A stretch of 64,000 bases of DNA from Basidiobolus meristosporus CBS 931.73 (taxonomy: Eukaryota > Fungi > Basidiobolomycota). Location: assembly GCA_002104905.1 (NCBI GenBank), contig MCFE01000503.1:1-64000 (forward strand), in the 5' to 3' direction. Position 1 is the stretch's first letter, and every line of letters begins with the position of its first letter. The translations under genes and the position numbers were made by a program. Positions 1 through 12,635 of this stretch are shown here, piece by piece. Below the pieces are notes generated by a model. That model was not told where the DNA came from. It did no database searches and saw only the letters and a program-made list of their open reading frames with translations.

Positions 1-428
1 CCACTTCACAATGATAAAGTGAGTAGTGATGGTGTTTTGCTGTTTTTACTGCCAAATGAGGGAATAACCTGGTACCATGGGAGAGTGCCACATGGTGCCA
101 GCCAGTTTATAGTGCTGAATTGATCTGGCACTCTGTGGCACTATCTGGAACTATAACTTCTACCATTATGCCAGTAGAAGGACACAGTTACTGGTAATCT
201 TACTCAATCTTACATGTATGGCTTAAAATAGTGCTCTTTGTGCTTTATTTACTCTTCATTAGGTGCCAGAAACATTTTTCTCAGTGAATGACTTCTTGCA
301 TGAATATACAATGCATTAAATAGTATCTTGACTATTTAATTTATTATGCTGTTTTCTCCTGTATAGGACTCTCCTGTGTACTTACTGACCAACATACTAA
401 ATCTCTTTAGATATTCAAATGTATGCTC

Positions 429-808
429 TGTGGGTTACTACTGACTGTACCTGGTAGTTGGAAGAGCTTGTAGGTTACATCAGTACCACTTTGCTCAGAA
501 TAGCTTCTAATAGAAGGCAGTAAAATAATAAAGACTTGTATTCAATATGTCCAAAGAAAAACCCTTCTCACAATCTTAACTCAATCAGATATATAGATAT
601 CTCACTGGGAGGGGCTTATGTGATAGACAGTGTGTCAGAAGCTAAGGGTGGGAGCACCTTCCTGTAATGGTAAGTGTCTCAGCTAGGTAAGGGCAGGATT
701 AGGAGGAAGGAAGTGAAAGGGAATCATATGGAGGATACTGGGGGGACTTTAGGCAGCACCTTGGGGAAGCTCTTGGGCAAAGAGTGGGTACTACATTTAG
801 TATTTACA
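429..808 (-). repeat. Solo LTR, family D (~380 bp)
   Basis: Reverse complement aligns along its length with 27236-27612. Termini TGTAAATAC...AACCCACA. Flanks TGCTC (424-428) and TGCAC (809-813) fit a 5-bp TSD with one mismatch. Confidence 0.6.
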
Positions 809-1475
809 TGCACCACTCTCAATCTGAAATGATTAAATATCTCATTATATGGCTTCTGCTTCCTGCTAAGCACACTATTTCTTGGCTTTCTATAAGCTCT
901 AATACATCCTAATCTCTGACAATCCTCTTATATATTATCCAAGTCTGCCATGCATTTCTCCCTTTGGTTAAATTCCAGATGATCCTCTACCAAGAGTGCT
1001 TTATAATGCCTACTTTTAGCAAGTGGCATACTAAACCAGAAATGTACCCCTCAATGTCTGAGAGTGCTCAAAGCTTCACACAGCATGGCTTCTTTTTGCC
1101 AGAATACAAGTGCTGCTGCCCTCTTGAAGGCCTGCTAATTTTCACCGGGAAGGTATTTAAATACTCCTGCTGTGAAGCCTGTTGCAAAACACTATGGGAT
1201 AGTGAAGTCTATTGGAGCTTCTGAGCCTATTATTTCAAGCTTGTTGTGAGTTGTTGACACCCTCAGCAAGGTGGTTCTATATTGCTGGTAGCTGGGGATG
1301 AAAGCTTCTATGACTTTTGTTACCATCAATGCTGCAATGAAACCTTGTAGGACAATAGTTCTTGTAATAGCAGAGAAGCTTAACAAGGGAACTCCCTGAG
1401 TAGATTGGGGCAGATGGTCCACAATACTTATTGTATCCTAGAGAAAAGTGTAATAAAACTTCTGAATGGCTTAAC

Positions 1476-1685
1476 TGTTGTAAGACTCCTGGAAATATTG
1501 GAAGTGATTGGGAGAACAAGTAAATTAGGTGGTTTTCACTTATGATTTATTGAATGTAAAAGTAATATTTATACTTTACATGGTCTTGGCATAATAAACA
1601 CATAGAATAGACTTAGAAAGATCCCAAGAACAAATTTGCAAAGTTTGGGGCTGTTTGAATAACTTTGAGAATTTCATGTTCTAAG
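1476..1685 (-). repeat. Left part of an older copia-A 3' LTR, split by the 1686-6364 insertion
   Basis: Starts TGTTGTAAGAC like other A LTRs and follows the LTR consensus to ...CATGTTCTAAG. Resumes at 6365 with CTAAGTACCTGGTATT. Confidence 0.85.
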
Positions 1686-2043
1686 TGTTGTAAGAGTCTT
1701 GGAGATATTGGAAGTGATTGGGAGGACAGGTAGATTGTGTGGTTTTCACTTAATGATTTATTGAATGTAAAAGTAGTATTTACACTTTTACCTGGTCTTG
1801 GCATTAAAAGCACATAGAATAGGTTAAGGAAGGTCCCAACAACATGTGTGCAAAGTTTGGGGCTGTTTGGACAACTTTGAGAATTTTGATGTTCTGGGTA
1901 TCTGGTATTTGGTGAAAATATTCCAAATAATCCTGACAAGGAATTTGGTCATTATTCTCTAGGATTTGAAGGTAATGATATAAGTGACTAAGTTAGGTGA
2001 ATATTTGGGTGGAAATACAAATTTTTACAACACCCCCACTCAG

Positions 2044-5000
2044 CTAAATGTTCATACTGACTAATCCTAATTTTGACCTAAGATATTCAAACTTGTCTCT
2101 AGCTAGTGGTTTGGTAAATATGTCTTCAATCATTTCATCTATAGCACAGTAAACTAAGCTAACTAAGTTATTCTCTATAGCTTCATGTATAAAATGATGT
2201 CTAAAATCTATGTGCTTGGTTCTAGCATGAAAAGTTGGATTTCTACCTAATTGTATTCATCCCTGATTATCTTGAAATAAAGTAATAAGCGTTTTTTTGA
2301 CATAGGCCACAATCTGTAAGAAGCTTTCTTAACCACATTGCTTCTTTTGTAGCTTCACAGGCTGCCATGTACTCTGCCTCTGTGGTAGAAAGTGCCACGG
2401 TTGGTTGCTTTCTTGAATTCCATGAAATTGCTCCTTTACAGTAAAGAAAGGTGTATCCAGTGGTGGATCTTCCGACTTCCAAATTTTGTTCCCAATCAGC
2501 ATCAGAGTATCTTGCAAGATCCTGTTCTGAATCCTTATAAGTGCATCTTAAGCAGATATCAGCAGTTCCTTTTAGGTATCTACAAATCCGCTTAACTGCT
2601 GCAATATGATCAGATCCAGAGTATTGATTATGTTGACTGACAACTCCCACTGAATATGAGATATCTGGATGTGTTCCAAGCATGATATACATCAGACTGC
2701 TGATCATAGACTGATAAGGAAAGTCAGGGCTTTCAGACGGCACCAAGCTCTCTTGATTTGGCTGAGTTTTGACCAAATTAAGATTTGTCTCCTTTGGGGT
2801 AGCTGCCAGTTAACAGTCTTCCATTTGGTACTTCTTTAGCATATCTTGAATATACTTGGATTGGCTTAGGGTAATAGTCTGGGTACTTCTGTCTATGGAG
2901 AACCTAATCCCTAAGTAGTAACTGAGTTCTCCTAGATTGGACATCTTGAACTCCTTAGATAGGCTGGATTTAGTCTCTTCCAATGTTTCTAGGTTATTGG
3001 TGGCTATAATAAGTTCATCCACATATAGAGCTAATAACTCTGGATTTGCTCTATCTGGCTTAAGGTATATACTCTGGTCAGCATTACTCCTTTTGAAGCT
3101 CAAAGATTCCAAATAAGAATCTATCTTGCAATTCCACGCACTTGGTGATTGTTTGAGACCATATAGTGACTTTTTAAGCTTGCAGACCAAATGGGGTTTA
3201 TCTTGGTCAACAAACCCATCAGGCTGGTCCATATTCACATCCTGATCAAGTTCTCCATTCAAAAATGCAGTCTTTACATCCATTTGATGAATAAAAAACT
3301 TATATTTGGCTGCAATAGCCAATATTAATCTGATGGAATTAAACTTGGCTACTGGTGCAAAGGTCTCAGTATAATCAGGTCCTTTTGTTTGAGAGTATCC
3401 TTTGGCTACAAGTCTTGCTTTGTATCTTACAATTGTGCCATCAGCTTTGTATTTTGTCTTGAAGACCCATCTGCATCCAATTGATTTTTGGTTGATTGGT
3501 AATTTGACTAAGTCCCAAGTTTGATTTTCCATCAGTGCCTGATATTCCTCAGTCATTGCAGATCTCCAAAACTTTGTCTGAGGGCTATTTAGGGCCTCTT
3601 TTACTGTCTGGGGCTCATCAATATGGACTGAATAGGCATAGGCTAAGTTTGTACCCTCATTGATATAGTAATTTGGACTATTTCTTGTCCAATTGGATCT
3701 CTAGGCACTTGATACTGAAATGATCACTTCTGGGATATTCCTGGGCACTGATTCTGGCTGAACCATGGTTGTAGAATCCTCTGGAGTGAAAAATTCTCAT
3801 TGTTTTGCTCTGATTCAATCTTGACAATTGGTGGACTTGAGATCAAATTTTTGTCATCATCTGATGCCATTTTTCGTGAAAATCTTGAATTTTCATCAAA
3901 CAACACATCCCTGGACTGGATTAGCTTCTATGCTTTGGTATTGTAGAGTCTATATGCCTTACTCTCATTGCAGTAGCCCAAATATATGCATTTTACACTT
4001 TTTGGCTCAAATTTTGACTGATTTCCGGCCAGTTTTTTAGCATATGCTGTACACCCAAATATTCTTAGATGTTCTGCACTTGGTCTGTATCCATACCATG
4101 CATCAAATGGAGTGGAATCACAAAGTATTCCTCTATAACTCCTATTTTTAAGGTATACAGCAGTGGCAACTGATTCCACCAAAAAATCATAGCATAATTT
4201 TTGATCATGGATCATAGATCTTTCCAAATCCATTATTGATCAGTTAGCATGTTCTGCTGCTCCATTTTGCTGTGGAGAGTATGGTACAGTAGTCCTTTGC
4301 TTTATCCTATGAATTTTGCAGAAGCGGATGAACAATTTTGAGGTATATTCTCCACCATTGTCAGAGCATATTTTCTTGATTTTTTCACCAGTTTCTCTCT
4401 CTACCATGGCTTTAAGCTCCCTGAGCTTAGACAGAGCTTCTTCCTTTCTCTCCATGAAGTAGACCCATGTGTATCTTGCATAATCATCAATAAAAGTGCT
4501 TACATACTTCATCCTGCCTAAGGATAAATTTTACAAAGGTCCACACAGATCTGAGTGAAATATATCGAATTTTTTCTTAGTTTTGATTAACCCAGAGCTC
4601 TTGAACAGTTGTCTGGCTTGTTTCCCATATATGCAGGCTTCACAGTGCTCCAAATTAGCTGGGGGATCAACTTTTACTCCAGAAATTAGCTGATCTTTGA
4701 TCATTTTGCGCAAATAATCAAAATTGATGTGTCCAAATCTCCTGTACCAAAGCATTAGTGTTTCTTCATTTAAGTTACTTATATTAGCTTCCAAATATGA
4801 TGGAATATAAGTCAACTTGTATAGATTCTGATCTCTGATGCCCAAAGCAATATGGGCACCATTTTGATCAGTGATCCTGCATCCAGAATTGTCAAAACTG
4901 AAACTGAGCCCTTCTGCTGTGGCCTTGCTTAGAGATAGTAGGTTCTTGGCTATTTTTGGTACATAGAGTACTTCTTTAAAGGTCAGTGTATGGCTTCCTT

Positions 5001-6011
5001 CACTGCTTCTAAGGTTTACTTGGATAGTTCCTTCTCCCACTGCATCAAGTGTTCAATTGTCACCCATGAGAACCTTCTTAATTGGAATTTCTTGATATTG
5101 GGCAAAAAGTTCTTTTTGGTGTGTAAAGTGTTGAGAAGCTCCAGAGTCAATATACCACGTCTGAGAATCCTTGTTTGTGGTCATATTTAGTGCAAATATG
5201 AATAGTCTATCTTCAGTTATTGCAGCATTTCCATATTCAGGCTTCTTTTGCTGATAATCTCACTTTTTGAGACACTGGTCTGATATGTGTCCTTTCCTTT
5301 TGCAGTAGTTGTAAAACAGGTTGCTGTTGCCTTTGTAGGGTCTTGGGTACTGGCTTTGTTGGCTATCATTGCTTATTAAAGCATTTTCTTGTTCCTTCTT
5401 ATTGGTTGATTTTCTTATTTCTTCATCCAGGAGCCTTCCATTTACATAATTTAAGGCCAAATCTTCAGTTCTGGACTCTAGGGCTGATACAAGGCCCTGA
5501 AACTTGTCTGTCAGGATATTCAGGATGGTAACTATCACATCCTCATCAGTAGTTGGTACACCAACAGATTCCATCTCATCTACCAGCAGGGTAATTCTGT
5601 AAATTAGATTATTATTTCTTCTCCTTGCAGCATCTTTGTAGTAAAGAGTTTTCATCTCAGATTCATTTTTGTAGCAGCTGAACATGACTGGTAGGCGTCT
5701 TCTAATGCCTTCCAGGCATTCTTTGCCGTTTTTGCTCTTGAACATTGAATTAGAAATTTGTCCTTAACATTAAGGCAAATGCAGTTAAAGGCACTTAGTT
5801 CTTTCTTCTGATACTTTAAGGCTTCCTCTACCATGTTTATGGGGGGGCATTCTTCTCCCATGACAATATCCCAGAGGCCTCTTTCTTGCAGCAGCATCTT
5901 CATCTTCACCTTCCACACTTGGTAGTTAGATCCATCCAACTTTTCAGTAGAGGGAAAAATACCAGTAATAGCTGTAGTAGACATTGCAGAGAGTGACAGC
6001 TTGGGGCTCAT
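2044..6011 (-). pseudogene. Disrupted gag-pol polyprotein of copia A1
   Basis: ORF-track fragments: LDGSNYQVWK (gag), CNYCKRKGH zinc knuckle, RRFGH...CEAC (IN zinc finger), SDNGGEY (IN core), KARLVAKGYSQ and QMDVKTAFLNG, LYVD (RT), YSDADW and TEAEY (RNase H). Broken by stops and frameshifts. Copy A2 (ORF 20632-21822) shows gag-PR-IN in one continuous frame. Confidence 0.9.
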
Positions 6012-6015
6012 AACC
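6003..6015 (-). promoter_or_regulatory. Primer-binding site GGTTATGAGCCCC, complementary to the anticodon arm of initiator tRNA-Met (half-tRNA primer type)
   Basis: Directly abuts the 5' LTR. Intact at 45531-45543 and 53784-53796, degenerate at 22236-22248 and 39589-39601. Complement GGGCUCAUAACC is the conserved fungal tRNAiMet anticodon stem-loop. Confidence 0.85.
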
Positions 6016-6364
6016 TGTTGTTAGAGTCTTGGAGATATTGGAAGTGATTGGGAGGACAAGTAGATTGTGTGGTTTTCACATAATGAATTATTGAATGTAA
6101 AAGTAGTATTGATACTTTTACCTGGTCTTGGCATTAAAAACACATAGAATAGGCTAAGGAAGGGCCCAAGAACATGTGTGCAAAGTTTGGGGCTGTTTGG
6201 ACAACTTTGAGAATTTTGATGTTCTGGGTACCTGGTATTTTGGTGAAAATATTCTAAGTAAATCCCAACAAGGAGTTTGGTCAGTAATCTCTAGGATATA
6301 AAAGTAATTATCTAAGCAAATAAGTTAGGTGAATATTTAGGTGGAAATACAAATTTTTGCAACA

Positions 6365-6778
6365 CTAAGTACCTGGTATTTTGGTGAAAATATTACAAAT
6401 AAATCACAACAAGGATTTTGGTCAGAGTTGTCCAGGATTTGGAGGTAGTGATCCAAGTGACTATGTTAGGGGAATATTCAGTTGGAATTACCACTTTTTA
6501 CAAAACCTCCACTCAATCTAAATTAACCAAGTTATTCTCTATAGCTTCATGTATGAAACTGGTCTAATATATATGTGCTTAGTTCTAGCATGAAAGGTTG
6601 GATTCCTACCCAATTGTATACATCCTTAGTTATGTTGAAATAAAGTAATAGCCATTTTTTGGCACAAGTCTAAATCTTTAAGAAGCTTCCTTAGCCACAT
6701 GGCTTCTTTTGTAGCTTCACAGGCTACCATATACTATGACTCTGTGGTAGAAAGTGCTACAGTTGGTTGCTTTCCCCT
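6365..6778 (-). mobile_element. Remainder of the older copia-A copy: right part of split LTR (to ~6505), PPT and RNase H tail
   Basis: Continues the LTR consensus from the CTAAG TSD to TTACAAAA, then CCTCCACTCA (PPT) and sequence homologous to 2140-2410. Confidence 0.85.
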
Positions 6779-6779
6779 A

Positions 6780-9700
6780 TAAAAAAATTTGGCCCCTCAA
6801 GTGAATCCAATCCAGATCAGCTGTCAGGATCCCATTTGGAGACCATCATAATACTAGCAGCTTAGAATTAATGACCCTCTTAACAATCTTATAATGGGAT
6901 CACAATGGCATTTAGCTAGTTTTACTGCCAACAATGATCAAAAATTTGACAGGGTCTGATCTGCGCTCTAGCAAGAAATGCACAAAATTATTGTAGTCTT
7001 AATGAACTTGGCAACTATTTTAAATGGATCTAACTGGCCAGTACATCCAGTTGCCTTATATGGCAAAAGCATGATGGTGTTTTGATGGACTCATTGCAGG
7101 TCTCTAATAGCATTATTGTGGCAGTATTGTGGCCTACAGCTTGTTGTGTAAAATGCTACCATACCAATTTACCAAATGATATTTCCTTTTTCTACCTCCT
7201 CTTGTGCAATCCATATATTCCACTGTAGAATCACCCCTCTTTATTTGCTTACCCACTACTACCTTGGGTATTCCACATATACTTTGAATAAAAAAAACTA
7301 TGGCCTCCTGCTTACCAACCCCTACAAATGCACACACCTACTACAATTGCCATACTTCTATTACCTCAACTTTACAGCTTTTTAGTGTTATAATTGCAAA
7401 GTTGCCATTTACCTTCTACTGCTGGTAACATATACATCTTGCAAAACACATGCTTGGTTGCTACCACTTCTGCCATGAATACCTCTTGAATATCTGCAAA
7501 GAGCTTGTTGGTATTTAGCCAATAAATTCCTTCTCCCTGCAGGATTCTAGTCCCCCTTATAGGTGCACTCTGGCTCTTATTTGTGTGAATTTTGTATTGA
7601 ATGGTGTAGAAGCTGGCTTGTTACCAAGAGAAGCCTGGCATACTTTGATTGAGCTTTCCTAACAAAATTAGTTGCTTACTGCATGCAGCCCGACTTTGCT
7701 TAATTGATTACCCACCCATTGGGGTGTCTAAGCTTCTTAACACCATAGGCATAGGTGTCTCCATTTGCACATCTATCTGCAATGTTTTCCAACTGTTCCA
7801 GGCTGTCCTCCATGTATTGCCACATCACATGCATCATGGACTTGAAGGTAATGTTCTTGATGAGATTGGAATACGGTAGTGCCTGCAACTTGACTTATCT
7901 TCCTATCTCCCCACTCATCTGCTCCATAGGAAACTTCTAAAAGGTGAAGCAAGGCTCCATATTCACCACACACCAAGCAAGATGGAGTAGGGAATAGATA
8001 CAACAGCAGCAGAGATCTATACATTCAGCATTATGTTTGCAGTTTAGCTGCTCAAATTGTGTTACAAACTCCTTATACAACAGCTGAAGATGGGTCAAGT
8101 TGGCATTGGTGATCTGCTTCAGGATAAATATTCCTACAAAGTCCACATATGATTCCCAATGCTTCCAATGTACTCTTGGTAGGAGTGGCTTCAGTATGCC
8201 ACTTGAATAAATACATATCCAGCTCATCCAGTCTTTGCAATTGTATTGTTGCATATGCATGTGAATATTGATTAGAGCCCATGAGAAGTACTTAGGGTAG
8301 CAGTAACTCTGTAATATCTTGGCAATTCTTTCAAATTTCCAGTATCTTGAGGTACTCATTTAGCTTGAGACGCCCCATGTACAACTTAGTCATCAGTATA
8401 GAGAAAATTTAAAAAAGCAAATACAATGCTCCCAGTGGAAAGATCTTGCTCCAATAAATACCCTCTATCTGAAGTATATCTGGTTTCTGATAGATTCAAT
8501 ATTATGGCAGATGACTTATAGCTTGCCAACTTTGCTGCAGTTACATGCTGACTTCTGTACATTCTCTCCGTGGGAAGATGATGTGCTTAGTGTTGGTGTT
8601 TGGGTAATAATAATATGTGTGATTTATGGAGTAGATTGCCTGGATCTCACACATTCAACAGCAATATTGTCCATTATGCCCAGAAAAACCTGCTACCATG
8701 CTGATGGCTGTGGTATCTCCAATGCAGATGGTAATATGCGCTTTAACATGACTGCCATTTACTGTTATCCCACTGGAGAGCATACAAAATTCATTCAGCA
8801 ATGGATACAGTTAGCTATCCAGCTTGGTTGGTGATATAGGCTCAGATGCCTGTGAGACTACAATCAGAATTTTGCTCTGATACCGTAAGATAGGCAGCAG
8901 ATTCAGGTTGATGAGAATCAGTGGCCAGCAGGATTTGCTAGTAGAGTACTTGCTTAATAAGAATCTATCAAGTGCTAAAGCAAAGGCATGGTCATACATA
9001 CCTTCTAAGTAGCCCTTGCTTCTTAGCTGTTTGTAATGCTTGCCATCAAAACCATCTGATATGTTTGCACATGACTGATACTGTGTGCTGTACTTTATAA
9101 TATTGCAATACCTGTTGGACTGCTTGAGCTTCTTTAGATGGGGTATTACTGGAATATATCCAAAGTGTGAGCAATGTTTCCCCTCATTGGCTCTGGATTC
9201 CTGACAATTTGGACACATTTCAATGGGGGCACTTTGGGATGTGAATGCCATGCAACTGTTAATGCATGCTGGATTCAGGACAGTATTTGGGTCATAGGTT
9301 GCCAGCTGCATGATGGTTGTCCACTTGTACCATGGACATGGTAAGTTGCATCCCAGAATGATTTTAGTAACTAGCAGTAGTAAATTCTCAATGCCCCCAT
9401 TGCTGATATTAGTGGAAACATGCCACTTCTCTAGCTGCAACATTACATTATTCACCAGTAGATGGATTACTGGGCTCATTTGGCTTCATAAAGTATCCTT
9501 GGCATTTGTTTCAACAGGTACTCTCCTATTGCATATTGGGACTTGACCAGACTCATGCATGGTACTGTTGTTAGGGGAGATAGGCAAATATTCCATCAAT
9601 GAGCCTTCTTTGTCAGAGCTATCACTCTGAGTGCCATATTCAGAAGGCTGAGGTGAGCCTAAAGGCATCACAAACTCACCTGACTGGGTTTGTGCAAGGT

Positions 9701-9950
9701 AATAAAGATGGCCAGGTGTCAATATAGTGGTATCAACTGGCCAGCAAGATAATGTGGGCACTGCAGTGACTGATGAATGGTCAAATATGACTTGTGTGGC
9801 AAATCACTGGGCATGATCCTTATAATACTTCCTATGCTGCCTGCATGATTCATGGCTGAGAGGCTTGCTATAATAGCTACATGGTTCTTTTTCTCTTCTC
9901 TTATGGTGTTGAATCAGTGTAGTCTTGTCCACAGGGCAAACAGTTTGGCC
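6780..9950 (-). pseudogene. Decayed CACTA/En-Spm (Tnp2 / Transposase_21-like) transposase region
   Basis: Translated remnants: HAFALALD..., SCWPLILINLNLLPILRY, LDS, GFSGHNGQYCC.MC, W..W...YSSGILKPLLP..HWKHW, FV..FEQL, SLLHL, FPME. These match the En/Spm transposase layout. No CACTA terminal repeats found. Confidence 0.75.
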
Positions 9951-10139
9951 TTCAACAACGTAACGCTAATATTTCACTTTTTGGTCAATACTCATATGAA
10001 TTTGAGACAATCTTGTATTTGAGACATTGCACATAAATGAATGCAAGATTCTATGATGACCCATCATAGTAAGCATTATAAATAAAGTTGTGGTACCATA
10101 TACCCAAATAAATGTATCTCTGTTTCCCCTATGGTGACT

Positions 10140-11500
10140 CACTTTCATATACATGCCACTAAAAAATAAAGCAAAGTCATCTGGTTCTCAACTAAACACT
10201 ACTGCTGATGGCAGCAGAAGAGCGGTTGGAGAACAGCTGGCTGTGACATTCAATGCAACAAGCAGGGCTACATCCAGAAAAGGTGATGTTGACTGTGTGC
10301 TCACTGAAGGTAACAATGCAGACTATGCAGGTCCCCAGTCAAGTAGGCAATAGAGAGCCGCTGTGGAGCCTCAGGCTGACCATTATGCTTGGGCTGATGA
10401 GAGTGTATCAAATACAGTACCTTCAGCTGAAGACCAGCTTGTGGCAGTGATAACATCACCACCACCCATATCAACAAGTATGTAGTCAGCTCATTCCAAA
10501 GCATTAATGAAGCTATTGGGTGCAGTGGCTGATAGGATAGATGTAATGGCCCAGAGAAATCAGGCAACAGTCCAGAAACAGGATTAGCAGATAATCATGT
10601 AGAGCAATCTATACCCCAGGTAGAGAAAGCTGTATCTTTGCTGCAAAGGAGGAACTCAAGTAGCTCAAAGTTGCAGCCAAGAATTGAGACTTTTCCCAAT
10701 CTAACAGCAGAAGAACACCATACAGTCTTTGAAGCACAACAACAGTGCCCAAAAACAAAGCTCACAGTAAACCTATCACAGCATGGGAGGGAGACAATGT
10801 GGTGTTTATGCCAAAGCCTAAACGTCAAAAGATATTGAAGATCTGTAAAGCCATTGAATACAATAATGAAGAGTGGGCTAATATTTAAATGGCCATCAGA
10901 AATCTAGCACACCATCACCTAAAGGCTGGGATTCTATGTAACCATCAGGAACTCAAGGTCAAGCAGAATGTGCTTGAGTTGTTACATAAGTATTATCCTG
11001 GATTCAAGCAGGCAAACAGATTTTGGGCCAGCATTGCTAGGAAAGTATCTTAAGAATAGCAGAAACTATCAAAGGTAGAAGAATAAGGGTGTCATGGCCA
11101 AAAACCGGTTGCTTCATTAAAAGCCCATTACAAGCAGGGCCAAAAGCTCCAAACAAGCATCAAAGAGATATCAGGTAGCTGGAAAGGTGCCAATAAGGGA
11201 CAAGTAGGCAGACACAGATGCACCAGCACAACATTTATTAAGGATAAAGCATAGTAGCAATGATGGACCTGGCAGTGGTAAAAGCCAGTGGCTTTCTCAG
11301 GAGCCCACCACAACTACAGCCAAGAGCTCAGAACAAGCGGTAAAGAAATGTCAAATTCCCAGGAGAGTGCCAGCAAGTGACAAGCAGGCCAAAACAGTTG
11401 TGTTAGAGCAGAATTTATCAAGGAGAAAATGTACTTCAGTACAAGAAACACTCAGACACAGTAGCAGTGAAAGACCTGGCAGTGATAAAGGAAAAGGAAA
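10140..11500 (+). pseudogene. Degenerate repeated coding remnant (ORF-X), divergent from the CACTA transposase
   Basis: 10850-11490 is homologous to the reverse complement of ~30590-31050, including an identical AGTAGCAGTGAAAGACCTGGCAGTGA. Reads NEEWANI*MAIRNLAHHHLK...QNVLELLHKYYPGFKQANRFWA. Product not recognised. Confidence 0.35.
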
Positions 11501-12635
11501 AAATACCTATTCAAGCCTGAGACAGAGAAGCATACAAAAAAACTGCAGTTCTTGCCGATCAATGCTGTAAGCCTGGAACATACTGAATCCCATCATAGCC
11601 AAGAATAATTACCCCCAGGAAAGCAGCTGTTTTCACAAGAGTTGGAAGCGCAGGCATTTGAGCTACACTCCGGCAAGATGGATGAGTTTGCACAGAAAGG
11701 CAAATTTCTACCACAGCCTCCATGTCCTCTATTGTTGACAGAGTGAAGATCCCACTGATAGACAAGGCTACAACATCAAGAACTTAAAAGACCACCACAG
11801 CTGGCTGAAGACCTGGACATGTGGGAACTAGTGAATGAACAGTGGCATAAAGCTGTTGGTTTCTCACCAGAGTCATGGAAACAGAGTATTACAGCAGAAA
11901 TACTTATTGAGTGGTGAATTTTAGTGGAGTTACTTGTTCAGTGTAGAGATGAGCTCAATGTTAGTGTAGGATATAGGGACTTGAATAGGTCAATACAATT
12001 GGTAATTTAGGTTCAACTGAAGCTTCAATGGAAATAAAACAATTTGTACACATAAATAGTAAGAGAAACAGTTGAGTCAGGAAGTAAGGAGTCTGAAAAA
12101 GAGGTTGTAGCCAATCAATGTACACAAATATAGGAGGTGATCAAGTGTCCAGGATTAGAAAGTTAGCAAATTGGCAAGGAACCAATCAAAGCCACTTTAT
12201 ATATTGTTGTGATGAAAATTTTTGACCAAGTTTTTTGCAAAATCTGGAGTGCAATTACTTTTCAAAAGTCTGCACAGGGTGTCCAGACAGGATCAGTATT
12301 GCTTAGTCAGGGGACTTTAAACTTGTGATGGCCTTTTGGTGGGATCATCACAATAATTTCTCATGGGGTTCTTGAATTCCATAAAATTGCTCCTTTACAG
12401 AAAAGAAAGGAGTATCCTATAGTGTATCTTCTGTTGTCCAAATTTTATCCCCAATCAGCCTCAGAGTATCACACAAGATCCTGTTCTGAATCCTTATAAG
12501 TGCATCTTAAGCAGATATCAGCAGTTCCTTTTAGGTATCTAAAGATCTGATCAACTGCTGCAATCTGAACAGTTCCATAGTTCTGACTATGCTGGCTGGC
12601 AGCTGTGATTGAATATGAAATATCTGGACATGTTC

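Larger units (their letters stand above)
1686..6364 (-). mobile_element. Full-length Ty1/copia LTR retrotransposon, family A, copy A1 (4,679 bp, decayed)
   Basis: 3' LTR 1686-2032, 5' LTR 6016-6364, TG...CA ends with TGTTGTAA/TTACAACA inverted termini. 5-bp TSD CTAAG (1681-1685, 6365-6369). PBS 6003-6015, PPT 2033-2043. Domain order gag-PR(DSGAS)-IN(HHCC, rve)-RT-RNaseH is copia order. The two LTRs differ at roughly 30 of ~348 positions by eye. Confidence 0.95.

Noticed and set aside
810-1475. Possible PIF/Harbinger DDE remnant (SIDGN and LYSGKKK in different frames)
   Set aside because: The motifs are ~70 codons apart, much further than expected, and in broken frames. Family cannot be supported.
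12280-12300. CAGGGTGTCC as a Tc1/mariner terminus
   Set aside because: No partner inverted end, TA duplication or transposase nearby.
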